From positions 2,170,001-2,234,000 of the forward strand of contig CM102287.1 in the NCBI GenBank assembly GCA_046563655.1: a stretch of 64,000 nt of DNA, read 5' to 3'. This stretch comes from Yuukianura sp. NJ FZ-2021. Its lineage: Eukaryota. Below the pieces are notes generated by a model. That model ran no database searches, had not been told where the DNA came from, and saw only the letters and a list, made by a program, of their open reading frames with translations. Numbering within the stretch: the stretch's first letter is position 1; each line of letters begins with the position of its first letter. Below, piece by piece: positions 1 through 12,300 of the stretch. Made by a program: the position numbers and the translations under genes.

Positions 1-391
1 CAACTGATAACTGACGCTTTACATCCGCTGAAACATGTCCAGTCAGTACAAGAGGAAGAGGACCAGTGATAACGGAGACATTACTTTAAAACATCAATTT
101 AAACTGAAGTTCGGCTGAAGTGGTGCTAAACATCAGCGTTTCAGCGTTTGCGCTTCCAGCGTCTTCAGCAGACTCAAAATCACGAGGACAAAGCGGGTTT
201 CACGCTCAGTCTTCTCTCAAGACGGGCTCGTTTCGTTGTTCTTCTGGTGAGTGAAAGCAAACTTTCTCAAGTACAATCAACTTACACTTGTTGACAAGAT
301 GTGCTAAATTTCTAGTTTCAACCAAAATGGTAGAAAGTGGAGGTGAAGTCTAATTTTTGAAAGCTCAGGTCAAGGTCAAAGGTCAAGTGAC

Positions 392-3300
392 ATGGCCAAA
401 GGTCAAGGTCGGCCAAAGCCAAAAGACACTTTTTTGACAAAGTTGGAGGGAGATGAAGAGGACTCTGAACGTTTGTTTCTTTTGGAATCAAACTTTCCCG
501 CCAAGTTCGTCAATGGAATCCGGTGTTTCTGGAACTCCAAAAGTGCTAAATTGTTTTTCCTAACTGTGCTTGTTAGTGCGATTTTAATCACTGCAACTTC
601 TTTTCACTTTCGTCTGTCCTCGCTCGAAGAGCAAGTTAGAACAATTTCTGGTCAAGTGAAAGTTCAAGGTCAAAATATCACAGAAACTCCCGCCGAGAAG
701 CAGCCAATCAACAGAGTAAGTTCAAAGAAGAACTCCAAAATTTACAATCTAAACTAAAAATGAGAATGGGAGAAAAAATTAATGGTTATTTTTTTTTGTT
801 TATTGTTTACCCTACCCTACAACACTGCACGGGAGGAAATATTTTCAAATTTTCGATGAGTTTTGTAAAATTTCGTACGAGTTTTGCCACTTTTTGGAGA
901 ATTTCAAACAGAATTTGGATGTTTAGAAAGCAATTGAGGTGGAGACAGAACAAAAGTAATAGTTGAGGGTTGTAAATACGGAGAGTTGTAGTTGTTGCTT
1001 GGCAGAATCCAATTAGACTATCAAATTTCTGTGTTTGCGATTCTGAGGGAGAAAGTGGATGGTGGAGTGGAAATGAATGTGAATTTTGTGCCTAGGAACA
1101 CGTAGTAGTATTCTGCGTGCTCCTATAAACTAATTTCCACATGCAGCTCCTCCAAAAGAACAACTTTCTCCAGTTTAAACTCTCCACAATCTAGAGAGAG
1201 GGAATGGCATGGAATTTATCCCCGCCCATTGAAGAAAGCATCCTCATTGAACCGCCAAAGGGTGGAGAAAGGTGTTAATGAAAACTTTCTCTTCCCCTCA
1301 GCTCCCCCCCTTCTCCGATGATTACTCGGCCTCACGAGTTTCACCGAGTGGAGTGGGATTTTGGAATATGGGGTGATCACTGATATAGCTTAGGTGTAAT
1401 GTGGAGTGATTTCTCTTCCCGCCATCACCGGATATATGGTGATATATGAAGGCCGATTCTGACGCTTCGATTGGCTGTTGAGGCCGATTCTGACAACCTG
1501 ATTGGTTCCATATCTAAACCTACTTATAAAAACGCATTACGCGGGGGTACATGGGTTTGGCCTATCTACCTGCCCCGGCAGGCCGATTTCTTATCACTGA
1601 TCCCCGCCAATAAATTTTGTACCGGAATCCAAACAAGGAACTTGTTGGACTTCTGGAATTCAACAAATATTCACATACACAAAACAGAAAATTTCCAATA
1701 ACTTTTTCCTGGAAGTTCCACTTCGACTGTCCCAACTTTCTCCAAACGAAACGAGAACCGTAGTAACTTTTGTGTTATATTTGCAAATTGAATTAATTTT
1801 AATTATTTCCAACCAACTCAATCAAACCAACCCGACGTGGAAAGCGCGAGTTTTTTTTTTTCAAACAAAAACTTTCACTTTTCAGAACTAGAAAAAGTTC
1901 GTTCTTCTGTGTTTGCGAAACAGAAATTTGAAGCTTTTGAAACCAGCAGGATTCTTCTTTTGTTTTGAATTTTTAGAAAACAGCAGGATTTCACTTTAAG
2001 TGCGTGCTTGAAAACCACTTTCTTCCTTGTTTTTGATTTTTTGCACCAAATGTATCTCAGAGGTGGTAGCCTGCAACTATTTTCCCCAACCTGCCCCGCC
2101 TGCACTGCAGGAATTTTTAGCCTACACGCCTGCAGCCTGCAAAATTGTCGAAAATCGGCAGCCTGCACGCCTGCACCCGCAAGGCTCTTTGGCAGGCCAG
2201 CTTGCAGCCTGCGCAGGCTGCCTGCAGTTAGCCTGCAATTTTTTTATACGAACTGTAATCTGAAAATTTTTAATATACACTTACAACTACTGCGTAGATT
2301 CGTTTGCGTATAATGGCAATTACTCAATCACCCTCGATTATCTGTCGGTTGTCCTTTCCAAACACGTAGCGAGAAAAATTCCTTGTAATAAATTGTTCTA
2401 CGACACTTCTACCTTACTTTTGGTTAGACTTTCACGGCTCCGGCTCTTTGGCAAAGAGTCGAGTCGGAGTCGGAGCCGGAACCGACTCTCGACTCCCATA
2501 TTTTCAAGGAGTCGGAGTCGGAGTCGAATAGCCGACTCGGCTCTTTACTCAAGAGCCGAGTCGGAGCCGGAGTCGAGCCGGGAGCCGTGGCGCCCGGAGC
2601 CGGGTATTTTTATCATGAAAAAATCAGAAAAAATTTGCTACGCTGTACATTTCCAAGCCATTCGTACACAGACTTGTGGCGATTAACTAACGGATTAATG
2701 CAGTCATCAATGACGTTCAAAAAAGGTTACTGCTACTGTGCCTTAAATCAACAAAAATACATTTTATCTACTGTGAGAGAAATTAGGGAGACAAGAAACG
2801 ACTCTTGCATAGTAGCGAGCAACGATTTTGAGCAAGAAACAACAATTATTTTCGTAAAATTCGCTGAAAAGTCACGTTTTCGACTCCCGGCTCTTGGCCT
2901 AACAAGGAGCCGGAGTTGGAGTCGGAGTCGGTACCGACTCCCGACTCCCATATTTTTCAAGAGTCGGAGCCGGAGCCGAAGGTCCGACTCGGCTCTTTAA
3001 GGAAGAGTCGAGTCGGAGCCGAGCCGGGAGCCGCGGCTCCGGAGCCGTTGGAGAGCCGAGAGCCGTGAAAGTCTACTTTTGGTTTGTTTAACTTTTAAAA
3101 ATTCTTGATCCTTGCACATAAAAAAATCCGCAAAAGTTATACTGTCAAATCTTGCGTTGTCTACACGTGCAAGTGTAACGCCAACTTTACTTAACCATAT
3201 TTCTTCTGCCTCCGGATTCATTATTTATTGTTTAAAAGCCCTATAGTGCAACTAATGTGCAGCAAAAAGTTTGCATAGTTCCATTGACTTTAATTCTTCA

Positions 3301-6300
3301 ACATTCCAAAGTAATTTTTCTATTCGTTTCTATCTTTTCTTGAAGTTTCTGAGAATAAAACGCTCAAAAAATCACAACCCGCAGCCTGCAGGCCAAATGC
3401 AGGCGCCTGCAGAGCATTGAAGACTGAACCCGCCCGCCTGCAACATTTCCAAATAAAAACCTGCACGCCTGCAGCCTGCAAAAATCCACCGCAGGTTGAG
3501 CCCGCCTGCACGGGCTGCAGGTTGGCCTGCAACCTGCGCAGGTTTACCTGCAGGCTACCACCTCTGAGGTATCTTTTGAGTGTTTGAGTTAAACTTTTTT
3601 TGATTTCTTAGGTGAAACGAAGAGTAGATCAAGACAGACATGGACCAGGACGACACGCTTCGTCACGCGGAGGTCAAGGTCAAGGTCAAGGGGTCAGTGG
3701 TGACTCTTCACATTTTGAATTCATGTATTCACATCCAGGAAAAGGTACAGGCGAAAGTGGTGACAGTCCAGATTCCAACAACTCTGATTCTGTTCTCCTG
3801 ACGTCCGTGTCCAGAATTCCGGTAAGTGATCTGTAACTGAATTTCAGGAATTGATTGTTTTTGTTTATAGTTGAGAAGATCCGAGAGATCTTCTCTAAAG
3901 ATGAATTTGGGTTTGTGTTATTATGGTGGCGTGGGAATTGAAAGTTTTGACTTTGGGTGGGACCGGGACTCTTTGTGTAATAAATCTAGTGTGTGGCCTA
4001 TTCAACTCCACTCTGTCAGGCCTTAGCTCTGAATCCTTGTGACTCTTGGCATATTTTATGGGCGAGACATGTTCTGCATCCCAACAGGAATTACACGAGG
4101 TCAGAGGTCGTACACCACTCACACAAATATTACTCAATCCCAAACCTCTCCTTTGATGCTCCAAAAGTAAAAGCCAACAATAAAAGAAAGCAGGAGACTC
4201 AAGAATGGGTTCCTTTTAACACCCGCCTTCATCCACTCTCACACGCTTTTACATTTGCTTTTACTACTTTTTACTTTACACTCCACAAAAAAAAAGCAAG
4301 GAGGTCAAAAGGTCACAGTTTTTACTATACACGAAAATTCTTGTACTCAACCAATTTGGAATGCTGTTCCTTGTCACCGGTCAATTTTTTCAAAATTTGA
4401 CATTAGCATTTTTAATTGTGGAGAAAGTTTAATTTCCATATTTCTTCTTTTCTGTTTTCGTAAGTTACGCTGTGAATAGATAACTTGTGAACTCCTAGTC
4501 TGAGAATTGGAAAATTCACCACATTCACAATAGCATTTACATTATGATTGATAATAATCTACTTATATAAAATCGAGACCCTGTTTATCTGTGTGTGTGT
4601 TCCACTACTCCTCCGAAACTACTGGACCGATTTGGACAAATGAGGTGTCCTTTTCTTCGTGAGGTCACCCCGAAGAGCATAGGCTATGTCCCATCTTGAA
4701 TCTTGACCTGTGACCTTTGACCCTTGACCTGACGCGATGACCTCACAAAATCATCCCAAACACAGTCAAGTGACGCGTCATTCGAAAGCAGAGCTCAAAT
4801 GCAATCGATTGATGTATAGCACATTGACCTGTGACCTTTGACCCTTGACCCAGAGCCGTGACCTCATACAGAATTAAGCTGAACATGGGCAAGTGACACG
4901 TCATTCGAAAGCAGAGGTCTAATGCAGTCGATTGATGTATCACATTTTAACCTGTGACCTTTGACCCTTAACCCTGAGCGGTGACCTCACGTGAAATTTA
5001 GCTGAACATAGGCATGTAATATACCATTCGAAAGCAGATGTCTAATGTAGTTGAGTAAGGTATGACATATTGGCCTGTGACCTTTGACCCTTGACCCAGA
5101 TCTCACGTGGAATTAAGCAGAACATGGGCATGTGATACGTTGTTCAAAAGGGTAGGTTCAAAGTCAAATGCAGTCGATTGATATATGACATTGACCTGTG
5201 ACTTTTGACCGTTGATCTATGGCGGTGACCCCATATGAAGTACACACAAACATAGGCCTGTGATATATCATTCGAAAGAGGGGTGAAATGGACACGGTTG
5301 ACGTTTGTCGAGTTAATTCTGTCACCTTTGGCACCAAAAAAAAATAAGTTCCACAGTAAATTGTTCTCTAAATGTTAAACATTAATTGGATGGACGGGTA
5401 GTTTTAAGGGATTTCCGCCTAAGCAAAGGGTGGGGTAGGATATTTTCATAAAAATAGTCCAAGTGGGTCAGCATGTATCTTAAATGGGTAGCGGGTTCCC
5501 AAAAGTGAAACGTTTCTCTATGTTTGTTCGTATACACTACCACAAAAGCTAGCCCCGCTTTCACAAGCGGGTATCATACCTTGTGTATATATAAATAATA
5601 AAAACATAATGATGTTGTGAATACCTGTAACTGCTATGTATTGTGAAAAAATGCTAATAATCTCATGAACAGTTTGAATAGTGCACTAGAAAATGTTGCG
5701 AATGGTGTTGAGAACGATGTGACCAATGTTGTGAATGATGGATTGTGTTTTGGGGTGATTGTGTGTAAGTGTTAGTTTTAATTGAGAGTGAGGGATTGGG
5801 CTAATTGGAAAGCCCATTAGGCGCTGCATTTCAAACCCCGACTTTCTCCAGGGAAATATGCAGAGGAACCAGAGCACAACTTTCTCTTTTCTCTAACACA
5901 AACTGCTCAATTGGAAAACAAACGATCTAGACAGCCTTTTGGACGTTCGGGTAGGGGCCTAAGGTTAGGTTTAAGTTAGACTGGGACGTTAGATCAGAGG
6001 AGAAAGTGGTGGTTGCATGTTTAATCTGCATAGTAGTGTGTCCATTGGTTTGTGTCCTTTGGAAGCTGGTTGCTAGACAACAGGATCCATGTGCTCGTTG
6101 TGAGGGTGTGATAATCTAATAAGAGTGGGATCTAAGCAGGACTTGTGGTCTCATCTTGTTTCACCGAAACAACGGGAGTGTGCTCGTCTCCTCCTAGGTT
6201 CAACCGCATTTCTGCGTTTCTTCTAAAAACTCATTTAAAGCGTGTACAAAGACGCAGCGGGAGGGAGGCACTTCCAGTCTCTAAATCACACATCATCACA

Positions 6301-9300
6301 AATTGAACAAACACTGACAAGGGCACAGTAAAGTCCAAATTAAGAACAGACTTCCCCGGGAGGGTTTAACATTTTAGGAAATTGCAACTTCACAGGAAAT
6401 TGTAATATGACTTCGGGGAAACAGCTATAGGAAGGTTAGGGTATTAAATAAACATGTTGTAAACCGCGCATCTCTATATATAAAATCGAGACCCTGTTTA
6501 TCTGTGTGTGTGTGTGTGTGTGTGTCTGTTCCTCTACTCCTCCGGAACTACTGAACCGATTTGGACAAATGAGGTGTCCTTTTCTTCGTGAGGTCACCCC
6601 GAAGAGCGTAGGCTATGTCACATCTTGACCTGTGACCTTTGACCTTTGACCTAGCGCACTTACCTCACAAAATCATACCAAACACAGGCAAGTGACATAT
6701 CAATCGAAAGCAGAGGTCAAATGGAGTCGACTGTTACATGACATATTGACCTGTGACCTTTGACCCTTGACCCAGAGCGGTGACCTCATATAAAATTAAG
6801 CTGAACATAGGCATGTGATATATCGTTCGACAGGGGAGGTAGAATGCAGTGGATTGATCTATGACACATTGACCTGTGACCTTTGACCCGTGACCCAGAG
6901 CGGTGACCTCACATAAAATGAAGCGAAACATAGGCATGTCATATATCATTCGAAAGCAGAGCTCTAATGCAGTCGATTGATGTATGACATATTGACCTGT
7001 GACCTTTGACCCTTGAACCAGAGCGGTGACCTCACTTAGAATTAAGCTAAACATAGGCATCTCTATACTAAATAAAATCGAGACCCTGTTTATCTCTGTG
7101 TGTGTGTTCCACTACTCCTACGAAACTACCGAACCGATTTGGACAAGTAGGTGTCATTTTCTTCGTGAGGTCACCCTGAAGAGAATAGGCTATGTCACAT
7201 CTTTACCTGTGACCTTTGACCCTTGACCTAGCGCGTTAACCTCACAAAATCATACCAAACACAGGCAAGTGACATATCATTCGAAAGCAGAGGTCAAATC
7301 CAGTCGATTTATGTATAACGTATTGACCTGTGACCTTTGACCTTTGACGTAGGGCGGTGACCCCACGTAGAATTAAACTAAACGTAGACATGTGATACAT
7401 CGTTGGAAAGGGGAAGTCGTAGGCAGTCCATTGAAGCATGACACGGTGGCCGGTGACCTTTGACCTTTGACCCAGCGCAGTAACCTCATGCAAAATCAAA
7501 GAAAACATAGGCATGTGGTATATCAATTGGAAGAAGAATGCGAACAGAGTTGAATGACGTATAACAAGATGACGTGTGACCTTTGACCCTTGACCCAGAA
7601 AGGTGACCTCATGTAGAATTAAATTAAACAGGCATGTGATATACCGGTCTAATGGGGACATCCAATGGAGTCCATTCGTAACGGGATCCCCCAATTGGTA
7701 GCGGGTTTCCCATACTGGTAGCGGGTTTCCCGAATTGGTAGTAGGTTCTTTAGATTGGCAGCGGGTTCCCAAATTTGGTGGCGGGTTTCCAAAATTGGTA
7801 GCGGGTTCCCGTATTTGGTAGCGCGTTCGCAAAATTGGAAAAGGGTTTCAAAATTGGCAGCGGGTTCCCGAAATTGGTAGCGGGTTCCCGTATTTGGTAG
7901 CGGGTTCCCGTATTTGGTAGTGGGTTCTCCATATTGGTAGTGGGTTCCTTAGATTGGCAGCGGGTTCCCGTATTTTTAGCGGGTTCTCCATATTGGTAGT
8001 GGGTTCCTTAGATTGGCAGCGGGTTCCCGTATTTTTAGCGGGTTCTCCATATTGGCAGCGGGTTCCCGTATTTTTAGCGGGTTCCCGTATTTTTAGCGGG
8101 TTCCCAGAATTGGTAGCGGGTTCCTTAGATTGAGAGCGCGTTCGCGTATTTGGTAGCAGGTTCGCAAAATTGGTAGTTTTCAAATTGGTAGGGCATTGCC
8201 GGATTTGGCAGCAGGTTCCCGAATTTGGTAGCGGTCCCTTAAATTGGTAGAGCGTTCCCCATATTGGTGGCGGGTTCCCCGACTTGGTATCGGGTTGCTT
8301 AGATTGGCAGCGGTTTCCCATATTTGGTAGCGGATTTCCCAAAATGGTAGCGGGTTCCCAAAGTTGATAAGTTTTCCCTATTGTTCGCATACACTACCCC
8401 CCAAGAGCTAGCCCCGCTTTGACAAGCGGGCTTTTCAACCTTGTAACGAAATAGCTCAAGCCAATGGATGGTTTTCCCCCAGGCGGGGAATGTGGGGGGT
8501 GGGTACTCACTCTTTTCCCCGTATTCTTCCCCGTTTCCCCTACATTCCCCACCATTTTCCACACTCACACGCCTCTCCCCGGGGGAGTGGGGGTGGGTTC
8601 CCCCCACTTTCCCGCCCCCCCCCCGGGGGAGTGGGGGTGTTCCCCAACTTTTTCGCTCCGCACCCCAGGAAGCGCGGGTGTGTGTTCCGCCCACTTTCCG
8701 CCCCCCCCCCCGGGGGAGTGGGGGTGGGTTCCCCCCACTTTTCCGCCCCCCCGGGGGAGTGGGGGTGGGTTCCCCCCACTTTTCCGTTCCCCCCCCCGGG
8801 GGAGTGGGGGTGGGTTCCCCCCACTTTTCCGCCCCCCCCCCCCGGGGGAGTGGGGGTGGGTTCCCCCCACTTTCCGCCCCCCTGGAGGAGTGGGTGTGGG
8901 TTCCCCCCACTTCCTCCATCTAGGATGCCTGCCTTATGAGCGAATGGGCAAGGTAGCAGGCTTGCCTTGCCCATCTACACTGTCTGCTAATATGTTGACC
9001 TTTGATCCCGGTTTTGACCCCCTTGGAGGGGTCAGAGACCCATGGTTGATATACTAAAGTTGCTCCCCTCAATGAGAGGAACAACTTTTGTTAGGGTCAT
9101 TTTCCCGGTTTTATATTCAAAAGGTCAATGACCTTGACCTTTGACCCAGTAAAAGGTCACGGATCCGGATGATATTCAATAGTGAACAGGTCCGGGTCAT
9201 GACATGGTGACTGGTGAAAACCCGGTTGAAATTGGTCCAGTAGTTTCTGAGATAATAATTCGGGACAGACAGACAGACAGACATGAATCAGATTATTAAA

Positions 9301-12300
9301 TAGCTTTCGCTATTTAATAAATCCGGTCGTAACCCGGAGTATACGAAAGTAGCGAAGCACTTGACCTTTGACCCGGAAGGAGTTGAGCCACCGGGATAAT
9401 ATTCAATAGTGACCAGGTTGGGGTCATGGGATGTTGATTGGTGAAAACCGGAATCAAATCCGTCCAGTAGTTTCTGAGATAATTGAGCTGGACAGACGGA
9501 CAGACGGACAGACGGACAGACGGACAGACGGACAGACAGACATGAATCCGAACATAAAGTAGCTTCGCTACTTAATAAGGCGTTATGTTTAGGGTGTTAA
9601 AAAACAAAGCGTTAAAAGTTAACGAGCCATTGCGCCCCCTGGCGGGGCGCTAATGGCTCGAGGATTTCGTGTGTAACCAGATTGACGGACTAACTGGACA
9701 AAGAAATATATCAGAACCGTTAAGTACCATTTCAAAAAAATTAATCCGTTGGTGGGAACATACACCGTCGTTGATCTTACGTCAACCGAGTTCCAATCTT
9801 GCTCTAAACTAATGAGGTCTTATGGCGCCATCACCTTTTCAACCGGGGCCAAAATTAAGCCATGTCTTGAGATTGACATGCTCATTCCCTCTACTTACTA
9901 CTAATTATTCTCCGAAACTACCGATTTGAAATTTTGTTGCACTACTGATTAGCTTTTGTCAGATTTTGCTAAACCTAACCTATTCTTCCTCGCTCGAGTC
10001 AGCGATTCGCTCTTTAGCCAGACCCCTCTCACACGAATTTGCATAACTGGAAATCAAAAGGTTGGATTGACGGACGAAGTCGCCACAAAAATATCGCAGT
10101 CACCCTTCGCAAGGATACAGCGGATGCAATTCCGCTTTGCCGCATCCCATCCCTTGTGTTTTCTATTTTTTGCTCCAATTGGAGAGATAAGAGTGTGCGC
10201 CTTTCTCATGATGAATCAGAGGAGTCCGATATTCGAGCTTTAGCCAGACCACTCACACACGAAGAGGACAACCGAACGGCAAAGGGCTAAGGGGATTTTG
10301 TAATGTGGTATAGATTGCTCCGCACGAAGACTATAAGCCAGCAAGAGTAGTGCAGGTTAGGTATTAGGTATTTAATTGCAAAACGTACATTTTTTGAGTT
10401 GTACATGCTTACGGATCCAATAAGTAGGCAAACCGAAATGAAAGAGAACAATGACTCTGTACAATGTGCACTTAAACCCTCTTTCAGAGGAAAAGTTCTT
10501 TTCAGAGGAATAGTCATGCTAAAACCTCTACACTCAAGGTAGCATCACCTGGTTGTATCCCTCCCGAAGTTGTGTGATTTTTTTTGCCTAACCTAATACT
10601 AATCGAATTAAAGTAGGGTTATATGTTAGGTTAGTTAGCAAACCATAGACTTATTTGATTTTTGAATTGGCAGCCAGTGGGATACAATTAGTTTTGTACT
10701 CACCAAAGTATTGGTGCAGTACAATGACTCAGTGTAAAGTGTACGTCAGCCTTCGCAGCCTGACGGACATTGTGTTTTATGGTATAGATGTGTAGTTTTG
10801 GGGTTACAAGCCATTCAAAACGCCCCAAAAGTTTTAGGAGGAAGAAGTTGGGGGGGAAAGCAGGTTTTATTTTTAACCATCTCTGATCCGAACTTTCTCC
10901 ACTTCCGGTTTACTTTCTTCAATTTTTAAAAAACGAAAAGTTGCAGTTTATTTTCTGTAGTATTCCTGAAATTATTTGCGAAAATTTTAAACTCTGTTAA
11001 TTTTTTATTGGTTTTGTTGCAGGTGATGGCCATTCAAGACTTTTGTTCCAAAACGAAAGACTACTGTAAGCTATCCACAGTTTGATGATGAAGTGCTTCA
11101 ATTCGTCATGGTTTGAACTTTTGTGGTTTAGTCGAGATTGTTTTTTGTAGGCAAAGGAGAAATCGGGCTTCCAGGGGTCAAAGGTAGCATTCATGTTAGG
11201 TCAGCTTTTTTGGATAAATTTTAGTTTGTGCTTACTGATGTAGGTGAACGAGGTGACAAGGGTGGGCCTGGTGATCGCGGAGCTAGAGGACCAGTGGTTA
11301 GTTCAATTGTATTTGCAAAAAAAAAATCAAACTACAATTGTCAAGTTTAATTCAGGTAATCTATTTTAATTTAGTTGAAATTAAGTTTATTTTTGAAGGG
11401 GCCTACCGGAGCACATGGTTTCAAGGGCCAAAAGGGGGAACCTGGTAATGAAGTTCAAAACTTAAAAGTTAATTCAAAAAAGTATAATTTTACGTACTAT
11501 AATTTATAATTTTATAATTTTGGTAGTATTCTATTTACCTTGATAATTTTGTAATTTTATAATTTTATAATTTATAATTTTATAACTTTATAATTTTATA
11601 ACTTTATAATTTTATAATTTTTATAAATTACAAAATTATAAAATTATAAATTATAATCTATAATGTATAATTATAATCATTTAATAATCTATACAGGGAG
11701 AGGAATCGAGGGAAGAGACGGGTAAATCTCAAACTGAAGAAAAATCTAATTTTAAGGTTTGAATTATAATAATACTTAAAGTATTTTTCTTCAGGCTTCC
11801 GGGAGAGCCAGGTACATGATTTTTTTCAGTGCTTTCTTAAAATTTGAATTCAAATTTTTGGAATAACTTGACCTTTGACCTCTCTCTAGGTTTGGATGGT
11901 GTTCCAGGTGAGAAGTTCAACGTGATCGTTTTGTTTTTAAAGTTCTTTTTGTGAAGATGTACTTTTGTTTAAACAGGAAGGAACGGCGTGGATGGGATTC
12001 CGGGTAAGCCCGCTTTATTGTCCGACTCCTTAAATGCCCGCTTTTTGTACTCAATGCTCTGTGTGTATTCTGAAGGTTTGGAGGGTTTGCCTGGACCTGC
12101 TGGAAGGGATGGAACCAACGGAAAAGACGGTACAACTTTCACTTCGTTTTCACACTACTATTAGTCTAACGTTATTTAGGTTATGTTTAAGTTATGTTGC
12201 TGCTTTCCGGCGGAAGTTGAATCAGCCGAGGTCAGCGAGGTCATTAGAAGTGTTGTTGCAGAGGCTGCAGTCATTCACATCCGCCTTCGTTTTTAATTAG

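Larger units (their letters stand above)
6445..9320 (-). mobile_element. Helentron-associated/DINE-1-like element, interrupted by a Helitron at 6471-8443
   Basis: Palindromic end TTATTAAATAGCTTTCGCTATTTAATAA (9293-9320) next to a (GACA)n tract. Rejoining 6470/8444 gives AATAAACATGTTGTAAACCGCGCATAACGAAATAGC, which aligns with the end of the neighbouring copy (AATAAATCCGGTCGTAACCCGGAGTATACGAAAGTAGC). Confidence 0.6.

Noticed and set aside
1875..3532. ORFs with SRSRSR and ACSL repeats resembling SR proteins
   Set aside because: They are translations of MITE subterminal repeats.
7690..8362. Regularly spaced short repeats suggestive of a CRISPR array
   Set aside because: Contiguous tandem units with no unique spacers, in a eukaryotic intron, with no cas genes.
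6734..9057. Long repetitive ORFs in all six frames
   Set aside because: They arise from the 123-bp, 20-bp and GC-rich tandem repeats; no domain or splice support.
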